From contig NC_045697.1 in the NCBI RefSeq assembly GCF_009834535.1, positions 18,354,001-18,418,000 of the forward strand: DNA of 64,000 bases. Reading direction: 5' to 3'. The position numbers were made by a program, and so were the translations under genes. The stretch comes from Camelus ferus. Taxonomy: Eukaryota. Below are positions 58,961-64,000 of the stretch, piece after piece; position 1 is the stretch's first letter; every line of letters starts with the position of its first letter. The notes under the pieces were generated by a model. That model made no database searches. It saw only the letters and a program-made list of their open reading frames with translations, and was not told the DNA's origin.

Positions 58961-60659
58961 GAGATATAAAGATTGTGGAATCAGGAAACTTTCCAGAGAA
59001 CCACCTTGTCCAGCAGGAGGAGTACGGGTTTCAGGAGGGATGGTAAAACTTACACAGCAGGGTTGTTGGGGAAATTAGGAACATACTGTATGTGAGGTAC
59101 CCAGCAAATATTGACCTGGCAGAGGTCAGATGAACGATCGCTATTATCATTGATGGAGAAGCTGACATTTGAACAGAGCTATGAAAAGTGCCTGGGATTC
59201 AGACACACAGTGAGAGACACAGGTGTGGAGTCAGCAAAGCTAAGCTCACATTTGAGAGATGGTTTGGCTGGGATGCAGGCCTGTGTGGTGAGACACTGAA
59301 CCAGAGGCTTTACCTGTCCTGTGCACTACCAGCCCTGGCTGGACATACACCGGGCACTTGTCAGTATTTGTATGGATCGAATGAGCAGTAGAAAGAATGA
59401 GTGAGGGAACAAATGAAAAGAATGGTGTTTAAGGCCCAAAGATCAAGCTGATAAGCTTTATTTAATTAATAGACATGAAGTACCATAAGCAGGAAGTGGT
59501 CTGTGTGAGACTCACCTGTCCACGTGACAGGTACAGAAACAAAGAATAATTACTGAGAAACATTAATAGAAGGTTTTATCTTATGAATCGGAGTTTTAAA
59601 ATTTGGCTCTTCTATATATTTTTTTAAATTTTTAATGAGATTAATTTTATCGTATTTTCCAGGTCTTTGACAGATTGGTGGTTAGAAGCAAATAACTGGG
59701 CTTTGCCGCAGGTAGTTACAAAGCTCTGACTTGGAGGACGGGGTTTGGTAGGTGTTCTCAGGTCCTGACCCCACGGCTCAGAAGCCCTGTGTGCTCAGCC
59801 AGCTGACAGGCTCCAGGTTCTGAGGCATCAGCAGATGAAACACCCGGGTTTCTTGGCCCTGGGCAGGACTCCAAGGACAAGCAATTTCACTCTCCCAGAC
59901 TTCACTCGCACCTGCTGAGTGCGGGAAGCCTTCCACAGCTTATTCTGCCTGGTGGTGACAAAATGTACAGCTCATTGGCAACCCCAGTGTGTGGGAAGGT
60001 AGCAGGCTGGGTCGCCTGCTGCACTGCTCTGCTGAATGTGGCCTGAAGAGGGACATTAACTCAGCTGCTCTCTTTCCTGGAGCAGGGCAGCCAGGCAGTG
60101 GCAGGAGGTCGCCCTCCCCGAGGACCCCACAGCTGATTGGAAGCAGCAGGGCGCCCTTCCCTCCTCTGCTTCTGCTAAGTGGTGTTTCCCAAACTGATCG
60201 TCTGAACACACTGGGTGAAAAGAGGAGTCACCACTCCTTCTGAGAGCCGGGCAACAGTACAGGGATGGCGGTCTCTGCCTGAGGTTCTCTCTCTTACCCT
60301 CTGTGATTACAATAAATGCCAAAAAAAAAAAAAGAGATGCTTTGTCCAGACTTTTTTGGTTGTAAGTGACAGAAAACCAAACTCCACATGGTGCTAAAAG
60401 GGAATTTGGTCATGTAGTTGAAAACTCCAGAGTCATAATCATTTTCTACAATTGTAATCATTTTTCAGACTATAAAAGACATAAGTCATAATCATCTGCG
60501 AATGTAAAAAGTGCTTAAGCCCAGCACCTCCAAAAGAAAGAGTCATGCTGGATGTCCTAGACAGTTACAGGTTTTCTCTCTCCTGGTTGGCATTAGTCAC
60601 TCTCTGCCCAACAACTCACTCCCTGTCTCATGGGGACATTTAATCCCACTTCCTAACCC

Positions 60660-61138
60660 CAGTTTAGTTCTTCCCTCTCCCACTCTTTCCCCCTGCTTTG
60701 GGTGCTGACTTCACCCCATGCCCCAGGAGCAAGCATGCGGTCCAAGTCTGGCCAATCAGAACATGGTGCAAACTCCTGGCCACAGAGATTGGATCTGAGG
60801 TTAGCAAGGTACCAAAATCAAACTAATGAGGTCTAGCTTGAGTTAAGCTTGCCTGTTGGCATATGTGGTTGGATTAGTGTGGTTTCTTTTTCATCAGATT
60901 TGGAGCTATTTGCAGCCATCTTGCCACCATGAGGGCAGAGCTGGTCTAAGACTAACAAACACCATCATAGAAAGAAACAGTAGGAGACAGAAGCCAGATC
61001 CAGATGATGTTCACACCTGGGTTCATTTATGTCTGAAGCAGGATATCTCTGGATGAATGAATAATGTCAATAAATTCCCTTTTTGCACCAGTTTAGATTG
61101 GGTTTGTCACATGCAACCAAAAGAGTCTTGATGAGGCA
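60660..61138 (+). mobile_element. Old LTR (MLT1J/K-like)
   Basis: TGGCCAATCAGA...CCTGGCCACAGAGATTGG, CAGCCATCTTGCCACCATGAGGG; ends AATAAATTCCC...TGCAACCAAAAGAGTC. Confidence 0.65.
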
Positions 61139-62712
61139 TTTCAATTTTATATTTTAATCATTTTTTCTAAAATGTATCCCACATGTCATTTCCACCTTAA
61201 ATAAAGGCTGTTAAACATAATTCAGCCTCCCTTTGTAATTTGAGCTTATTATTCTTGTACAGCTGTGTCTAAGGGGCTTTGGGGGTAGGTCAGACGTTTG
61301 CCTGCTGTGCTTGTGAGATTTCTGGCTTTTCTTATCTCTGCCCTGCCTCACAGCTATAAGGAAGAGGCTCTGGCTTCATCTCGGATTTGCTGCTTCTAGT
61401 CTGCAGTGAGATTGGGACGCATTAGCCAAAATTCTGGAATCTGGCATCAAGTAAAAGTAAACGCTTTTAATGTGGATTTAGAGGCTCTGGTGTGGATAAA
61501 GTGCAAGGGCTTTGTGACATTTTGGCTGCCCCGAGGTGTTTTTTGGGTTTTTTTGTTTTTGTTTTTTTCTTTTTCTTTTTTGGTATTTGCTTTCTGTTTC
61601 TGCATTGTTCTGGATAGGTGAGGTTTCTTCATATTTCTGTTAGTTGAGAATTTTACCGTAAGATTTTCACACTAGAGGGTTGTGCAGTATGAACAAATGA
61701 GCTAGGCTTGGAATGTCTTATAACTTAGCAGTTATTTAGTTTTCTTCCAAGAAGGAACAGTACCCCACAGTAGTATTCTGAACTTCAGGCTGACTTTTAA
61801 CTGGTTTTTCTTCTTTTCTAAAACATCCCCTTTATTTTCAACCTCTAATAGCATACACTGACTTGCAAGGGGAGAGAAAAAAAAAAGCAAGCATGCTTGT
61901 ATCAGAGGGAGTGGATCTACTTAAGGCAGATGTGGAATCAATTTGGGCAAATGTGAGTTGCCAGCTTCGGAGCTTTCCTGCTACGTGCATGTGCCCTGGA
62001 GTACACTGGAGCCACTTAACCTCATAAATGTGATGCCGGGATACAGAGTAAACATGTATAAGGGACACGCTGTTTGCGGCCCTTGCTAAGTTGAGCAAAA
62101 GCCTGAAGGGGCGTACTCCCTCTGAGAAGTTCAAATGAAGACAATTGTGTTTAGGAAAAAATACAACCGATGTCTGGTTTTGAAATTACTAGGAAAATGG
62201 CAGCTCCAGGGATTTAATCTTGTGGAATAAGCAAAATCTGCTCTCTAAAATGGCTATTTTTTATTTTTATTTGTGCTTCCACTCAATGTGGACTCACATT
62301 GCAAACGTAAGATACCCAAGCACAAAACCATCATTTGGTTTTTGTAACAAAGAGAGCAGGACTTGGTTTTTGCCAGTCCCTGCCTTTTGAAGGTTCAGCC
62401 TGTGGCTTTGGAGAACAAGTCAGGCAGCGGACTGAGAATCTCAGAAGGGTCACTCCTGTTCTCCACTGACAAGACACATGACTCCTTGACCTGTTAGGGC
62501 TCCCTATTAATGTCGCACCAGCTCTTGCCAAACACAGTGGTTTTCAGTAATGATGAGAATAATTGCAGTGAGTTAATAGCAGAGAACATGGTACAGCAAG
62601 TCCCCGAGGCCCTGGCCTCCTGCATGTGTGTCCAGTAAAGGAAGGGGAAGACAAGTGAGGGAGGTTGCTTCTCTAGCCCCTAGAATGCCTAACACCATTA
62701 CACAAACATAGG

Positions 62713-63104
62713 TGGGATGGGCTCAATTGTGTCCCCTCAAAATTCATAGGTTGAATTCCTAATCCCCGGCATCTCAGAATGTGACTGTATGTGAAGACAG
62801 GATATTTAGAGAGATGAGTAAAATAAAATGTGGCCAACAGCTGGCAAGAAAATGGGATCTTGGTCCCGCAACCACAAGGATATAAATTCTGCCAACAACT
62901 GGTGAGCCTGGGAGAGGACCCTGAGCTCAGGGTTCTGAGATCACAGCCCCAGCTGACACCTTGGTTTCATCCAGGTGAGGCCCAGAACAGAGGATCAAGA
63001 TAACCCATACCCAGACTATTGACCCAGGAAACAGACAATATTTTGCACAGTTTTAAGCTGTTAAGTATATGGTAATTAGTTACAAAGAATGGATAACTGA
63101 TACA
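62713..63104 (+). mobile_element. MaLR LTR sequence, apparently an MLT1B-like 5' part joined to an MLT1E-like 3' part
   Basis: AATTGTGTCCCCTCAAAATTCATA...CTCAGAATGTGACTGTAT, then GCAAGAAAATGGGA...AATTCTGCCAACAAC...GATAACTGATACA. Confidence 0.65.
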
Positions 63105-63119
63105 CCCCACTTCAGGACA

Positions 63120-63625
63120 TCCTCCATGATCTGGCCTCTCCCACCACCGACTTCATATCTCTTCCTTTCTCTCCTGTTCTCTCTGCTCCAGGCACAACGA
63201 CCTTCTCACTACTCCAGGAACACATCAGGCCTGTGTGTGTTTCCACCTCAAAAAGTGTTTTCTCCACCTTGAATTCTCTCCCACCAAATTTCTCCATGGC
63301 TTCTTCTATCACCTTCTTCAAACCTTTTCTCAAAGAGGGTCCCCTAATCTCCACATTTAAAACTGCAACCTCTCCACACAGAACCTGGCACCCTCAACCC
63401 CTCCCACCCCCCACCAGCACTGTAGAGCTCACACATTTATTGTGAATGTTATTCTGTAACACTATGTATAATTCACTTATCTATCATGTATCTTATGTGT
63501 TCGCTGCATCTCCTGTTGGAAAATACACTCCACAAAAGCAAGGTCCATGTCCCTCTTGTTCACTGACACATCCGTGCACTCAGAGCAGCACCTGACAATC
63601 AGTACTTAGTGAATGAATGGATGGA
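63120..63625 (+). mobile_element. L2 LINE 3' fragment
   Basis: CTTGTTCACTGACACATCC...AGAGCAGCACCTGACA; ends GTGAATGAATGGATGGAT. Confidence 0.7.
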
Positions 63626-63659
63626 TATTGTTGTGGCTTTTAACAGGAAAATGCTTTAT

Positions 63660-64000
63660 GTTTAGTCTCCCTGGAAAAGCTGCTGGTGTTCCACTAACAT
63701 CCCCTCCACCCACCCTAGAGGTCAGCTGTGGACAGCTCCCAGGAAACTGACGCATCCTCAGTCTCTGACCGTGTACTCAAGGGACAAATCAGAATCACCA
63801 GGGAGTCAGCCCCAAGGAGCAGCCCCCAACCAGCAGGGGCTGGGAGCTGGGGAAACAACCCACTGTGGGACTGAGCCCCAGATCTACACAGCAACAATCC
63901 ACTTATTAACATCCCTTAACTGGCTTCCTTCTTTTGCCTGTCCCCCTTCCCTCTTCCCACATCACCTCCCAAATAAATGACATGGCTTTAAATCCCTGTT
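63660..64000 (+). mobile_element. Possible ERVL (LTR16-like) LTR running off the window end
   Basis: GGATCACCTCCCAAATAAA-like 3' motif (ATCACCTCCCAAATAAA at 63961); family uncertain. Confidence 0.4.

Noticed and set aside
59514..59532. Inverted repeat ACCTGTC-CACGT-GACAGGT overlapping an E-box
   Set aside because: A 7-bp stem is expected by chance, and there is no other support.

Overview
Mammalian genomic DNA, very likely from a camelid: it carries three tRNA-derived Vic-1-type SINEs and I saw no Alu, BovB, PRE1 or CAN-SINE copies. One complete protein-coding gene is supported: SMIM20 (MITRAC7, the phoenixin precursor), + strand, with three coding exons at 44484-44592, 54664-54720 and 55494-55531 giving 67 aa ([67 protein letters not shown]). 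The CpG island at the left edge is most likely the promoter and 5' UTR of the divergently oriented neighbour SEL1L3; this rests on known synteny only, since no SEL1L3 coding sequence is in the window. The rest is a ~43 kb intergenic region, introns and 3' flank, rich in old eutherian repeats (MIR, L2, L1M, MLT1/MLT2 solo LTRs, MER5/20/58, Charlie). Repeat family names are recognised by eye and their boundaries are approximate. Apart from SMIM20 exon 1, the supplied ORFs look like noise. I did not find a clearly new biological system. The best leads are modest: frame-preserving skipping of SMIM20 exon 2 that would expose a shorter amidated peptide, nearly tailless Vic-1 insertions with clean TSDs, a probable L1 3' transduction, a candidate upstream SEL1L3 exon, and several candidate enhancers.
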